A stretch of 64,000 nucleotides of DNA, taken from contig CAZYGG010000002.1 of the NCBI GenBank assembly GCA_964647585.1, forward strand, positions 89,735 to 153,734. The letters run 5' to 3'. This document shows positions 1 through 8,519 of this stretch, one piece after another. The DNA comes from an uncultured Desulfobacterales bacterium. GTDB lineage: Bacteria > Desulfobacterota > Desulfobacteria > Desulfobacterales > CAJINA01. The translations under genes were made by a program, and so were the position numbers. How positions within the stretch are numbered: position 1 is the first letter of the stretch; each line of letters opens with the position of its first letter. The notes beneath the pieces are model-generated. The model was not told the DNA's origin, made no database searches, and was given only the letters and a program-made list of their open reading frames with translations.

Positions 1-230
1 TCTCAAGGGGCTACGTGGACACCTTCCGCCACTTCAACCCGGATACCGTCAAATACTCGTGGTGGTCCTACCGCTTCAACGCCCGCTCACGGAATGCCGG
101 GTGGCGGATCGACTACTTCTTTGTCACGCAGGACATCATCGACAAGGGGTGGGTGGTGGATACCTTTATCGACAATGAGATCTTCGGGTCGGATCATTGT
201 CCGATCGGGATAGTATTAGAAATACCGTGA
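1..230 (+). CDS. xthA: Exodeoxyribonuclease III, C-terminal fragment (5' end lies outside the window)
   Basis: The ORF runs in from the window edge. The C-terminal sequence ...WSYRFNARSRNAGWRIDYFFV...GSDHCPIGIVL matches the ExoIII/AP-endonuclease C-terminus, including the SDHxP motif. Confidence 0.8.
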   Translation, partial: SRGYVDTFRHFNPDTVKYSWWSYRFNARSRNAGWRIDYFFVTQDIIDKGWVVDTFIDNEIFGSDHCPIGIVLEIP

Positions 231-260
231 GCCGCACTAACAAGGCTGTCGACAGAATCG

Positions 261-381
261 CCCCTCTCCCTTAACGGGGGAGGTCGGGTGGGGGTGCTGT
301 TGGGGGTCTCGCGGTGTTGATGGCAGGCACAGATTTCGGGCAGATCACCCTCCCCCAGCCCCTCCCGTCAAGGGAGGGGGG
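261..381. repeat. Family A GC-rich imperfect palindrome, copy 1
   Basis: Left arm cccctctcccttaacgggggaggtcgggtgggggtg and right arm caccctcccccagcccctcccgtcaagggaggggg are reverse complements around a spacer of about 50 nt. Related copies lie at 4186-4306 and 29381-29503. It sits between two convergent gene ends. Confidence 0.85.
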
Positions 382-402
382 TTATCTTTGATGGCCGGAT
401 AC

Positions 403-2031
403 TTATTCTTTTCCCGGGTCCATTGAAAACCCCGGCGGGAGCTCGTCGAACTGCCCTGATTCAGTTCCGTAACCGGCTTCTTTTTTCCGATCAAGGGCCA
501 GGTCGAGTCCCCTGAAGCGCCCTTCTTTTTCGTAGGAACCGTCTGCCAGCCGAACTTCCTGGAAAGCTGTCACAATTATCGCAGCGTCGTTTTTTACCGG
601 GCAGTGGTATTCGCAATAGCCGCATCCGGCGCACATGTTTTCCCTCACGATGGGCACCGGAACCGGTCTGTCCTTTTTCTTGATGAACTTTACGGCGTCA
701 TAGGGACACACCTCGTCACAGACCATGCACTTCTTATCGTGTTCCCAGGCGATGCATTTGTGCGGCAGGATAACCGCGGTGCCGGTTTTGGCCCAGATGC
801 GTTCCTGTTTATCCAGGACCCGGATCGATTCGGTGGGGCACACCTGGGCGCAGCGATTGCAATGGGGGTCGCAGGGCCCGTGCCCGGGAATTACGGATGG
901 GCTGAATAGCCCGATGAATCCCGATTCAAACCAGATGGGCTGGAGGGTGTTGGTGGGGCAGGCGGCCATGCACTCACCGCAGCGGATACAGCGTGAAAAG
1001 AGATCGGCTTCGGGCAGGGCCCCCGGCGGCCGGATCAAACGGTCGGGCACCACCCGTCCGACCTTACGTTCTGCCAGGGGGGATTCGATCCCCGTCAGGG
1101 AGAGCAAAGCCGTGCCCGCACCGGCGGTACCCGCCAGCAGCAACTCCCGGCGACCGGTGGAAAAAGGCACCTTGGGATTGGCTATTTCCGGCTTCCCCGG
1201 AGAGTACCGGATTGCATCCACCGGGCAGACATCCTTACAGGTCTGGCAGAGAACGCACTCCCGATGGCGGGTTACCCGCCCCTCACCGGTGATGGCGCCC
1301 ATTTTGCAGGCCCGGGTGCAGGTGCCGCACTCGGTGCACGCATCCGCAACCCTGCGCCGGAAGAGCGGCTTGCCGGAAACCAGTGCGAAGATGGCACCCG
1401 AGGGGCAGAGGTACCGGCACCAGAACCGGGGTGCCAGCAGACCCAGTCCGAAGAGAAGTGCATAGAAGCTGATAATAAACCCGGTGGTGGCAAACCCCAC
1501 AGGCCGCAGGCCCGGGTTCAGCAGAATATCGGGATTGATTGCTTCGGCAAGGGACTGGGTAAAGACGGTTGTCCATTGCAGGAGCAGCACTGTTGCGGGG
1601 TAGATTACCAGACCATAAAACCGGGTAATCAGGGAGAGGGGGGCGGCCAGGAAGATAAGCGAAACTTCCAGCAGGGCGGCACCGGCCAGCAAAGCCAGCA
1701 GGATGTACTTTAGATCGGGAAATTTCCCCGGGATCTGTTTACGCCGCCGGGTTCTGATAAGCGTATCCCCGACATCAAGGGTAACCCCCATGGGGCAGAG
1801 CCACCCGCAGAAGAAACGGCCCAGCACCAGGCTGGTGAGGAGGATCACTATCGCCGGAATAAAGGCCGACAGGAAAACCCGGCCGCTCAAGAGCGTTCCG
1901 AGGAAAACCAGCGGGTCCAGCTCCAGCCATATTTTGAGCAGGCCGGTCCCCTGCGATCCCAGAGAAGCAAGTGTAATCAGGACCAGGAAAGTGATCAGTG
2001 ACAGGATCTGGCATATGCGGCGCAGCCACAT
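403..2031 (-). CDS. Membrane polyferredoxin, NapH-like N-terminal half fused to a NapG/MauM-like C-terminal half
   Basis: The N-terminal half has TM helices with the two CxxxCP motifs FFCGWLCPMG and FWCRYLCPSG, plus two CxxCxxCxxxCP clusters. An internal twin-arginine-like segment GRRELLLAGTAGAG follows, then RPPGALPEADLFSRCIRCGECMAACP and three more Fe-S motifs. I chose the start at the ATG at 2031 (MWLRRICQIL), which overlaps the upstream stop as TGATG. The longer track ORF would overlap the upstream gene by 114 nt. Confidence 0.8.
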   Translation of the reverse strand: MWLRRICQILSLITFLVLITLASLGSQGTGLLKIWLELDPLVFLGTLLSGRVFLSAFIPAIVILLTSLVLGRFFCGWLCPMGVTLDVGDTLIRTRRRKQIPGKFPDLKYILLALLAGAALLEVSLIFLAAPLSLITRFYGLVIYPATVLLLQWTTVFTQSLAEAINPDILLNPGLRPVGFATTGFIISFYALLFGLGLLAPRFWCRYLCPSGAIFALVSGKPLFRRRVADACTECGTCTRACKMGAITGEGRVTRHRECVLCQTCKDVCPVDAIRYSPGKPEIANPKVPFSTGRRELLLAGTAGAGTALLSLTGIESPLAERKVGRVVPDRLIRPPGALPEADLFSRCIRCGECMAACPTNTLQPIWFESGFIGLFSPSVIPGHGPCDPHCNRCAQVCPTESIRVLDKQERIWAKTGTAVILPHKCIAWEHDKKCMVCDEVCPYDAVKFIKKKDRPVPVPIVRENMCAGCGYCEYHCPVKNDAAIIVTAFQEVRLADGSYEKEGRFRGLDLALDRKKEAGYGTESGQFDELPPGFSMDPGKE

Positions 2032-2951
2032 CAGACAGACAACCTCCGGGTGTTGAGATTCTCGATGTCCATGCGGCCCAGGCCACGCTTGTGGGCCAGA
2101 CGGACATGGTTCACCTGGGACGGTTTGAATCGCCGGCCGTACCATTCAAACATGGATACAGCCGTCGCATCCGCAGCCACCATGTCGGCCGAGGCGATTA
2201 CTGTATTTTCCCGGATCACCTTGCCGGGACCTTGCGGCCCACCGGTGGACAGTACCCGGCTGGCATCTATTACGGCCAGATCAGACTTTAAAACCGTGCA
2301 CAGGTCCACGATGGCGGTGTCCAGGTCGTAGCGGCCGTGGAAGACCCCCCGATCGTAAATCAGGCCCATCATGCCTTTCATGGAGAGGCTGACCCCGGCC
2401 GAACTGTGGCTCTTGGCGGTGGGGGCCGCGATGAGAACATCGCTTTTTAGCACGGCCTTCATGACATCCGTGCGGGGGATATCTTCCGCTTGCGGGATGA
2501 TGGTCTCCTTGAAAAGATGTGGGCTGGAGATGGCTCGCACCATGTTTTTATCCACCACTGCGCAGGCGTCCCGGATACCGCTTCTTTCAAGGCAGGCGTT
2601 CTCCATGTGCAGCATATTATCCGGAATCAATATGCTGGCCGCCCCGGCTTCCTGGCACATGATCGCCAGTTCGCGCACTACCTCCGGGCTGGTATTGGTG
2701 CCGGCCTCGGGCGGCCGGGCAAAGGACATGTTGGGTTTGATCACCACCCGGTTGCCCGGTTTGACAAAGCGCTGCATGCCGCCGAGCATCTCAACGGCGG
2801 CCCGGGTGGCTGCGGCCCGGTCACCCCTGACAATTGATACATCGGGGGCAGTGTCTGCGATGCCCGTTTTCGGTAGAAAGAGTCCGCTGCCGCCGGCCGC
2901 GAGCCAGAACATACCCTGCAGCTGGTATTTCAGGAATTCTCTTCGATTCAT
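2031..2951 (-). CDS. DUF362 domain protein with a Tat signal peptide
   Basis: The start at the ATG at 2951 gives MNRREFLKYQL..., a twin-arginine signal, preceded by the RBS GGGAGGG. The body resembles DUF362 (VVIKPNMSFARPPEAGTNTSPEVV...). The upstream extension in the track ORF runs through repeat B1. Confidence 0.75.
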   Translation of the reverse strand: MNRREFLKYQLQGMFWLAAGGSGLFLPKTGIADTAPDVSIVRGDRAAATRAAVEMLGGMQRFVKPGNRVVIKPNMSFARPPEAGTNTSPEVVRELAIMCQEAGAASILIPDNMLHMENACLERSGIRDACAVVDKNMVRAISSPHLFKETIIPQAEDIPRTDVMKAVLKSDVLIAAPTAKSHSSAGVSLSMKGMMGLIYDRGVFHGRYDLDTAIVDLCTVLKSDLAVIDASRVLSTGGPQGPGKVIRENTVIASADMVAADATAVSMFEWYGRRFKPSQVNHVRLAHKRGLGRMDIENLNTRRLSV

Positions 2952-3021
2952 AAAACCCTCCCGGTTTAACTTGGGAATTGCCACCCACGGTCTTAGTTTG
3001 GAGTTGGCGGCATATTCGGGT

Positions 3022-3110
3022 GGGGATTCTTCGTCGCTTCGCTTCTCAGAATGACAGGAGACGGGCATGCAATCATTTTAATTGTCACTCTGGGCGCCGC
3101 GAAGAGTCCC
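3022..3110. repeat. Family B repeat, copy 1
   Basis: Arms are ggggattcttcgtcgcttcgcttctcagaatgac and gtcactctgggcgccgcgaagagtccc. The same arms recur at 18725-18812 and 36904-37023. Confidence 0.8.
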
Positions 3111-3380
3111 TAACAAGTTGAGGCAATGTACCCATATAATGCAAACCGTATGGTGTTCTGTCAACAGGAAGGGCTTGCATTGCAATTGGGTACCTTGCAT
3201 GTTTCCGGAGAATATTGTAACGTAAAACCGGTTTTCGCCCCGGTTTCAAGCTCACGCTTTCTGCGACTCGACTGACATCCGGTTTACAGTGCGATCTCAG
3301 CTCCGACCTCACTCCCGGAAGCCGGCCACCAAAACCTGACCATATCTCTGCAAACACCTGTAGCCTCATAGCGGTGCCTT

Positions 3381-4109
3381 ATGCACGGACAGAATGCCGT
3401 TTTTCTGACCCGGGAAGAAGCCGTGGACGCGATTCGGATTGACCTGCAGCAATACGAAACGCAGACCGGCCTCTTGTGTGAACTATTCCCGGTTGTTATG
3501 GGTGCTGACGCTGTGGTTGTCCCGGACGATGACCCTCACCGGGTGTGGATAAAGAGCAAGGCCCGAGGTCCCATGCGCCCGGTCAGCAGCGATGAACTGG
3601 CGGGCACCCTTTTCAGCAAAATGGCCACAGTTGAGACATCCACGGAGCTTCTGGCCGACCTTTGCGCCAGCGTGTTTAAAGAACCGGCCGTTGCCGGCAT
3701 TGACACCGAAACACGACGGGAAGGGATCTGGATTGAAACCGGCATGGACGGCTACGACTGTCGGCAGTGCGGGCGCTGCTGTCTGGCTCTGGACTATCAT
3801 TCAGAATGTAGCGCGGCAGATTACGACCTCTGGCAGACACTCGGCCGCGATGACATTTTGAAATGGGTTCGCCTGATTCCGGGACCGGGCGGGACCCCTG
3901 GATACCGCATCTGGGTTGCGCCCGGTGAGATTGAGCCGATTTATGAATGTCCCTTTCTGCAAAGTGAGTCCGGTACCGGCAGGTACTTCTGCGGGATACA
4001 TGACGTAAAACCTGAAATTTGTCGCCAGTACCCCTTCACCCGGAAACATGCCCGGATGACAGGTTGCCCGGGTTTCGATCAGAAACAATTCCATCATTCT
4101 CCCTTGTAA
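3381..4109 (+). CDS. YkgJ-family (UPF0153) cysteine-cluster protein
   Basis: Contains the CRQCGRCC motif followed by ECPFL...YFCGIHDVKPEICRQYPF, typical of the CxxCxxCC zinc/iron-chelating family. Confidence 0.7.
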   Translation: MHGQNAVFLTREEAVDAIRIDLQQYETQTGLLCELFPVVMGADAVVVPDDDPHRVWIKSKARGPMRPVSSDELAGTLFSKMATVETSTELLADLCASVFKEPAVAGIDTETRREGIWIETGMDGYDCRQCGRCCLALDYHSECSAADYDLWQTLGRDDILKWVRLIPGPGGTPGYRIWVAPGEIEPIYECPFLQSESGTGRYFCGIHDVKPEICRQYPFTRKHARMTGCPGFDQKQFHHSPL

Positions 4110-4185
4110 CCCGTTTTGTTCATAAGTTAGTGCGTAAACATTCTGTTCGAGGCTAGATTTTCAATGTTGGATGTTCAGCTTTTTC

Positions 4186-4306
4186 TCCTCCCCCTTGACG
4201 GGGGAGGCCGGGAGGGGGTGCTGTTAGGGTGTGCCTGGGTATGGATCGGATAGATTGCCTGTCGGTCTGTCACCCTCCCCCAACCCCTCCCGTCAAGGGA
4301 GGGGAG
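4186..4306. repeat. Family A GC-rich imperfect palindrome, copy 2
   Basis: Arms are ctcccccttgacgggggaggccgggagggggtg and caccctcccccaacccctcccgtcaagggagggga. Same orientation as copy 1. Confidence 0.85.
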
Positions 4307-4404
4307 TTCTATTGCGAGGTGATCTCGTCAAGTGAAGGAAGTTTTCTTGAAAAGCGGTCTGTTGTTGATCAAACATCCGTTTCCGTATTATAAGCGTTCA
4401 CATT

Positions 4405-5211
4405 ATGTTCAAAGCTTCTTTCAGATCCTCCCCGTCAGATCGGGAAAACGCCCTGTGGTTCGTCATCCAGGGCGGCCGCCTGCTTGTGAAAAGAAACAGC
4501 CGTCCCGCTGTGATTCCGCAAACGAAACATCTTACTAAATACATCCCGAAGTTTATGCACACCCAGCTCCTGGGGCACCTTGACAAACAGCCGTGCTTTG
4601 CCGCCGGACCACCGCCTGATTTCCAGCCCGAAGATAACCTGGAATTCAGGGGCTTGAAGTCTCTTTTCGGCCGGATAGATGAAAACCACTTGTGGGTGGC
4701 TGGCCGGGCCAACCAGCTGGTGCGTTGGAGTCGGCACCACAGCTACTGCGGGAAATGCGGGCTGCCGACCGAGGATAAAATGGATGAGCGCGCGAAAATT
4801 TGCCCCGCCTGTGGCCTGGTAAACTACCCGCGGGTGTCCCCGGCCATTATTGTCGCGGTTATAAAGGACGGTCAGATTCTGCTGGCCCGCTCCGGTCGTT
4901 TCCCCGGGGGGTTCTTCAGCGTTCTGGCGGGGTTCGTGGAGCCCGGTGAGACCCTGGAGGCATGTGTGCAGCGGGAAGTTCGGGAGGAGACCGGGATCGA
5001 AGTGAACAATATCCGCTATTTCGGCAGCCAGCCCTGGCCGTTTCCCGATTCGCTTATGGTGGCTTTTACGGCCGATTATGCCGGGGGAAAGATTCAAATA
5101 GACGGTAAAGAGATTGTCGCCGCCGACTGGTATACCAAAGACAACCTGCCGGATATTCCGCCCGGTATCAGCATTGCCCGGCAGTTGATCGATTGGTTTT
5201 CAGGAAAGTAG
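4405..5211 (+). CDS. nudC: NAD+ diphosphatase (NADH pyrophosphatase)
   Basis: Has a zinc ribbon CGKCG...CPACG followed by the Nudix box GFVEPGETLEACVQREVREETGI and the QPWPFP motif. Confidence 0.85.
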   Translation: MFKASFRSSPSDRENALWFVIQGGRLLVKRNSRPAVIPQTKHLTKYIPKFMHTQLLGHLDKQPCFAAGPPPDFQPEDNLEFRGLKSLFGRIDENHLWVAGRANQLVRWSRHHSYCGKCGLPTEDKMDERAKICPACGLVNYPRVSPAIIVAVIKDGQILLARSGRFPGGFFSVLAGFVEPGETLEACVQREVREETGIEVNNIRYFGSQPWPFPDSLMVAFTADYAGGKIQIDGKEIVAADWYTKDNLPDIPPGISIARQLIDWFSGK

Positions 5212-5215
5212 ACCC

Positions 5216-5428
5216 ATGAAATTCAGAACCCTGACATTGAGACAGGCCAAGGAAAGACATCCGGACTGTTTCCTGGAATTGAAGATGCGGACCACTTCCG
5301 ACGGCATTCCGGAACATGAAGCCCTGCCGGTGGCCGCGATGCCGGCGATCTTCGTCTGGCCGGATAAGCAGGCCGCCGCCGGAGACGAATCACGCTGCGT
5401 GGTCATCTACTGGCTGGATGAGCGCTAA
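5216..5428 (+). CDS. Hypothetical small protein (70 aa)
   Basis: Starts 4 nt after the nudC stop with a weak RBS. The composition is non-repetitive. I recognised no family. Confidence 0.4.
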   Translation: MKFRTLTLRQAKERHPDCFLELKMRTTSDGIPEHEALPVAAMPAIFVWPDKQAAAGDESRCVVIYWLDER

Positions 5429-5750
5429 TACCCACAAGTTTCCATTTTTCTCGCCCCATTCCTTCAGAAGGGTTGTCATAAAAACCGCCCCCGGCTTGTA
5501 AGGACCGATAGCGCCTTTCATAGAATTTTTCAATACCACTAAAAGATTATATCGATATTATCTATTTGACCCATTTAAAGATGCCGGGGTATTAGGTGTC
5601 GGAGCCTTTTTGAGCATATTCCCAAAAAGGCAAGCGGGGTTCCTGAGATCATTACCCCGCTTGGAGAAGAAAGAGGACCGCGTCGTAGAACGGGCTTGTC
5701 CGTTCAGCGGATGATAACGGGGTACACAAATAGCTAGGGAGGAAAGGACT

Positions 5751-6839
5751 TTGCAGAAGAAAAACGTGTTTGCTACCAGGTGGGGGATCATCGGGGTCGG
5801 GGCGCTGATCGGGCTTCTGGCCCCCTTGCTGCAGAAACTCGGCAATCCGGGCAATATGGGAATCTGCGTGGCCTGTTTCGAGCGGGACATTGCCGGTGCG
5901 CTTGGCCTTCACCGGGCGGGGGTGGTGCAGTACATCCGCCCCGAGATTATCGGGTTTGTGATCGGTTCCCTGATCGCTGCTTATCTTTTCAAGGAGTTCC
6001 GGCCCAGGGTCGGGTCGGCCCCCATTGTCCGGTTTGTGCTGGGTGCTTTTGCCATGATCGGCGCCCTGGTTTTTCTGGGTTGCCCCTGGCGGGCCGCTCT
6101 GCGGCTGGCCGGCGGTGACGGCAATGCCATTTTAGGCCTGCTGGGCCTGACCTGCGGTATCTGGATCGGCACCCTTTTTCTCAAGAAGGGGTACAACCTG
6201 GGGCGCACCTATACCACCCACACCACGGTCGGATGGATGCTGCCGCTGATGATGGCTGGTTTTCTGGCGCTGATGTTTGTTTACCCGCAGGTGGCGGGGG
6301 AGAACAAGAGCGGGGTGCTGTTCTACAGCTTGAAGGGCCCCGGCGCCATGCACGCGCCCCTGCTTCTGGCAGTGGCAACCGGACTGGGGATCGGTTTTCT
6401 GGCCCAGCGCAGCCGGTTTTGTACCATGGGCGCCATTCGTGATGTGGTGCTGTTTGGCCAGACCCACCTGATGAGCGGTTTCATCAGCCTGGTCGTGGTC
6501 GCTTTTCTGGCCAACCTGGCTTTAGGGCAGTTCAAGGCGGGCTTTGCCGGGCAGCCGGTGGCGCACAGTCTGCACATCTGGAATTTCTTCGGCATGACCC
6601 TGGCCGGGCTCGCCTTTGCCCTGGCCGGCGGGTGCCCCGGACGGCAGCTGTTTTTAGCCGGTGAAGGGGACGGGGATGCCGCTGTATTTGTGATGGGAAT
6701 GATTGTGGGGGCGGGATTCGCCCATAATTTCGGCCTGGCCAGTTCCCCTAAAGGGGTGGGGCCCCATGGCATTGCCGCCGTCGTAATCGGAATGATAGTT
6801 TGTCTTTTTATCGGGTTTACCATGAGAAAGAAAATATAA
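5751..6839 (+). CDS. yedE: YedE-family selenium metabolism membrane protein (putative Se transporter)
   Basis: Polytopic membrane protein with the two hallmark half-domain motifs GNMGICVACFERDIAG and SRFCTMGAIRD. TTG start at 5751, 8 nt after GGGAGG (alternative GTG at 5766). First gene of the selD cluster. Confidence 0.8.
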   Translation: MQKKNVFATRWGIIGVGALIGLLAPLLQKLGNPGNMGICVACFERDIAGALGLHRAGVVQYIRPEIIGFVIGSLIAAYLFKEFRPRVGSAPIVRFVLGAFAMIGALVFLGCPWRAALRLAGGDGNAILGLLGLTCGIWIGTLFLKKGYNLGRTYTTHTTVGWMLPLMMAGFLALMFVYPQVAGENKSGVLFYSLKGPGAMHAPLLLAVATGLGIGFLAQRSRFCTMGAIRDVVLFGQTHLMSGFISLVVVAFLANLALGQFKAGFAGQPVAHSLHIWNFFGMTLAGLAFALAGGCPGRQLFLAGEGDGDAAVFVMGMIVGAGFAHNFGLASSPKGVGPHGIAAVVIGMIVCLFIGFTMRKKI

Positions 6840-6850
6840 GGAGGTGCCGC

Positions 6851-7069
6851 ATGGCAACAACAGTCGATGCCCGGGGGCTTTCCTGTCCCCAGCCGGTGAT
6901 TATGACCCTGGATGAAATCAAAACCAGACAGGAGAAAGAGATCATCGTGCTGGTAGATACGGATACATCAAAGGAAAATGTGACGCGGGCCGCTGAAAGC
7001 CAGGGGTGCCGCGTGGACGATGTCGCCCCGGAAGGGGAAGGCTATCGCGTCACGATCAAAAAGGACTAG
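6851..7069 (+). CDS. yedF: TusA/SirA-family sulfur(selenium)transferase, short YedF type
   Basis: The ATG at 6851 follows the RBS AAGGAGG. It has the DARGLSCPQPV active-site Cys-Pro motif. The 72-aa length and position directly after yedE match the E. coli yedEF arrangement. Confidence 0.8.
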   Translation: MATTVDARGLSCPQPVIMTLDEIKTRQEKEIIVLVDTDTSKENVTRAAESQGCRVDDVAPEGEGYRVTIKKD

Positions 7070-7071
7070 GT

Positions 7072-7617
7072 ATGTTCGGTTTTTTCGGGAAGCGTAAACG
7101 TCGGCGGACACAAACAAAAGGGCGCGGCTCGGTGGATCGCGGGATTCTGGTTTTCGAAAATACCAGCGATGTGATCCAGGCGGAACGGGTGCTCAAGCAG
7201 GCCGACTGGACCGTTCGGGTCATGGGCCCGCCGCCGGAAATTCAGACCGGCTGTGACCTGGTGATCGAATTCCCGCTGATCGAGGAGTTGAACATCCTGC
7301 GGGAAATTGAGGCCGCGGACATCGAAGTGACGCAGGTGGTCCCGGTAACGGCCCCCCTGCTGGAGCCCGTCAGCCTCTTTCATACCCGGGATTTTGGTGA
7401 TTACCTGATGGTGCGGGCGGCGAACATGAAGATTACCGTTTCCAAAAAAGATCTGAAAATTGTCAACGTTTCCGGCGGGGGATGTCCGGATGTGCCTTAC
7501 CTGGCTCAGGAGATGGTCGGCAGGACCTTGTCGGCGGCGCCCAGGCCCCGGGATCTGGGGCATACCCTCTGTGGATATGCCCTCGATCTGGCTTATGGAG
7601 AATTATGTCGAAAATGA
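7072..7617 (+). CDS. DUF3343 (putative Se/S carrier-like) domain fused to a Cys-containing C-terminal domain of unknown function
   Basis: The ATG at 7072 lies 2 nt after the preceding stop. The N-terminal half (ILVFENTSDVIQAERVLKQADWTVRVMGPPPEIQTGCDLVIEF) resembles DUF3343. The C-terminal half carries SGGGCPDVPY, HTLCGY and ELCRK. Confidence 0.6.
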   Translation: MFGFFGKRKRRRTQTKGRGSVDRGILVFENTSDVIQAERVLKQADWTVRVMGPPPEIQTGCDLVIEFPLIEELNILREIEAADIEVTQVVPVTAPLLEPVSLFHTRDFGDYLMVRAANMKITVSKKDLKIVNVSGGGCPDVPYLAQEMVGRTLSAAPRPRDLGHTLCGYALDLAYGELCRK

Positions 7618-8519
7618 TGGGCATCGTGGGCACCGTGCCCGACCGGGAGTTTCCGTTGACCCATGGAAAGGTTCGCCTGGCAGACGGACGCCTGCGAATT
7701 GACGGCCGGGAGGTGGCGGTAAACCGGGGCACGCCCGCATTGCTGGCCGCGGCCATCCAGGCTGCCGAGTGGCTGGAAGGTCCCGATATCTACGCCTTTC
7801 TGGTCGGAGATATCGGCCGGGGAGGCGGCAGCCGGTCGCTGTATGCATTTTTGGAACAGCACCTGCCGGCATTCGACCTGGGTGTGCTGGCCTTTCACTA
7901 CCTCCAGCCGGACGTGGACTGGCATAACCGGGTGCTGTTTGCGGTGGACGCCATTCCGCAACGTCCGGTTTTGATCGCCGATGCCGGGTTCATGTATGCC
8001 GCGAAAATGAGCGGCCAGGCCGGACAGTATGACCTGTTCACCCCGGATCGGGGCGAACTGGCTTTTCTGGCGGACGAACTGGCCCCGCATCCCTTCTATA
8101 CACGAGGATTTATTTTGCACCAGAACCAGGATGTCCCCGACCTGATCCGGCGGGCGTATACACACAAAAATGGGGCCGCCTATCTTCTGGTGAAGGGCGC
8201 GGTGGATTATCTGGCCAATGAAAAGCAGGTGATCGCAAGCGTGGCCAGCCCGGCTCACAGCGCCATGGAGGCCATCGGCGGTACCGGCGATACCCTCACC
8301 GGTTTGCTGGCAGCTTTATGTGCGGCCGGTTACAGCCGGACGAACGCCGCCCTTGTGGCCGCGTTGACCAACCGGTTGACCGGGCAGTATGTGAATCCGA
8401 GCCCGGCCACCCAGGTTGCAGAACTGATTGACAAAATTCCGCAGGCATTGTCTAAGGCAATAAACGGATACCGGAAGGGGGATTCAAATGGCGGATGCCG
8501 GGAAAATAAGACTGACTGA
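7605..8519 (+). CDS. Ribokinase-fold protein resembling the YjeF_C / NAD(P)HX-dehydratase family; function unknown
   Basis: The ATG at 7605 follows GGAG and overlaps the upstream gene by 13 nt. Motifs LFTPDRGELAFL, LLVKGAVDYL and AIGGTGDTLTGLLAAL parallel the TPHxGE / KG / GGxGDxLxG motifs of the carbohydrate-kinase (YjeF C-terminal) family. The 3' end overlaps the selD start by 32 nt. Confidence 0.6.
   Translation: MSKMMGIVGTVPDREFPLTHGKVRLADGRLRIDGREVAVNRGTPALLAAAIQAAEWLEGPDIYAFLVGDIGRGGGSRSLYAFLEQHLPAFDLGVLAFHYLQPDVDWHNRVLFAVDAIPQRPVLIADAGFMYAAKMSGQAGQYDLFTPDRGELAFLADELAPHPFYTRGFILHQNQDVPDLIRRAYTHKNGAAYLLVKGAVDYLANEKQVIASVASPAHSAMEAIGGTGDTLTGLLAALCAAGYSRTNAALVAALTNRLTGQYVNPSPATQVAELIDKIPQALSKAINGYRKGDSNGGCRENKTD

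Noticed and set aside
3085-3369. A 94-aa minus-strand ORF between the DUF362 gene and the first YkgJ gene.
   Set aside because: It has no RBS and a basic low-complexity composition, and it begins next to repeat B1. This is most likely a divergent promoter region.
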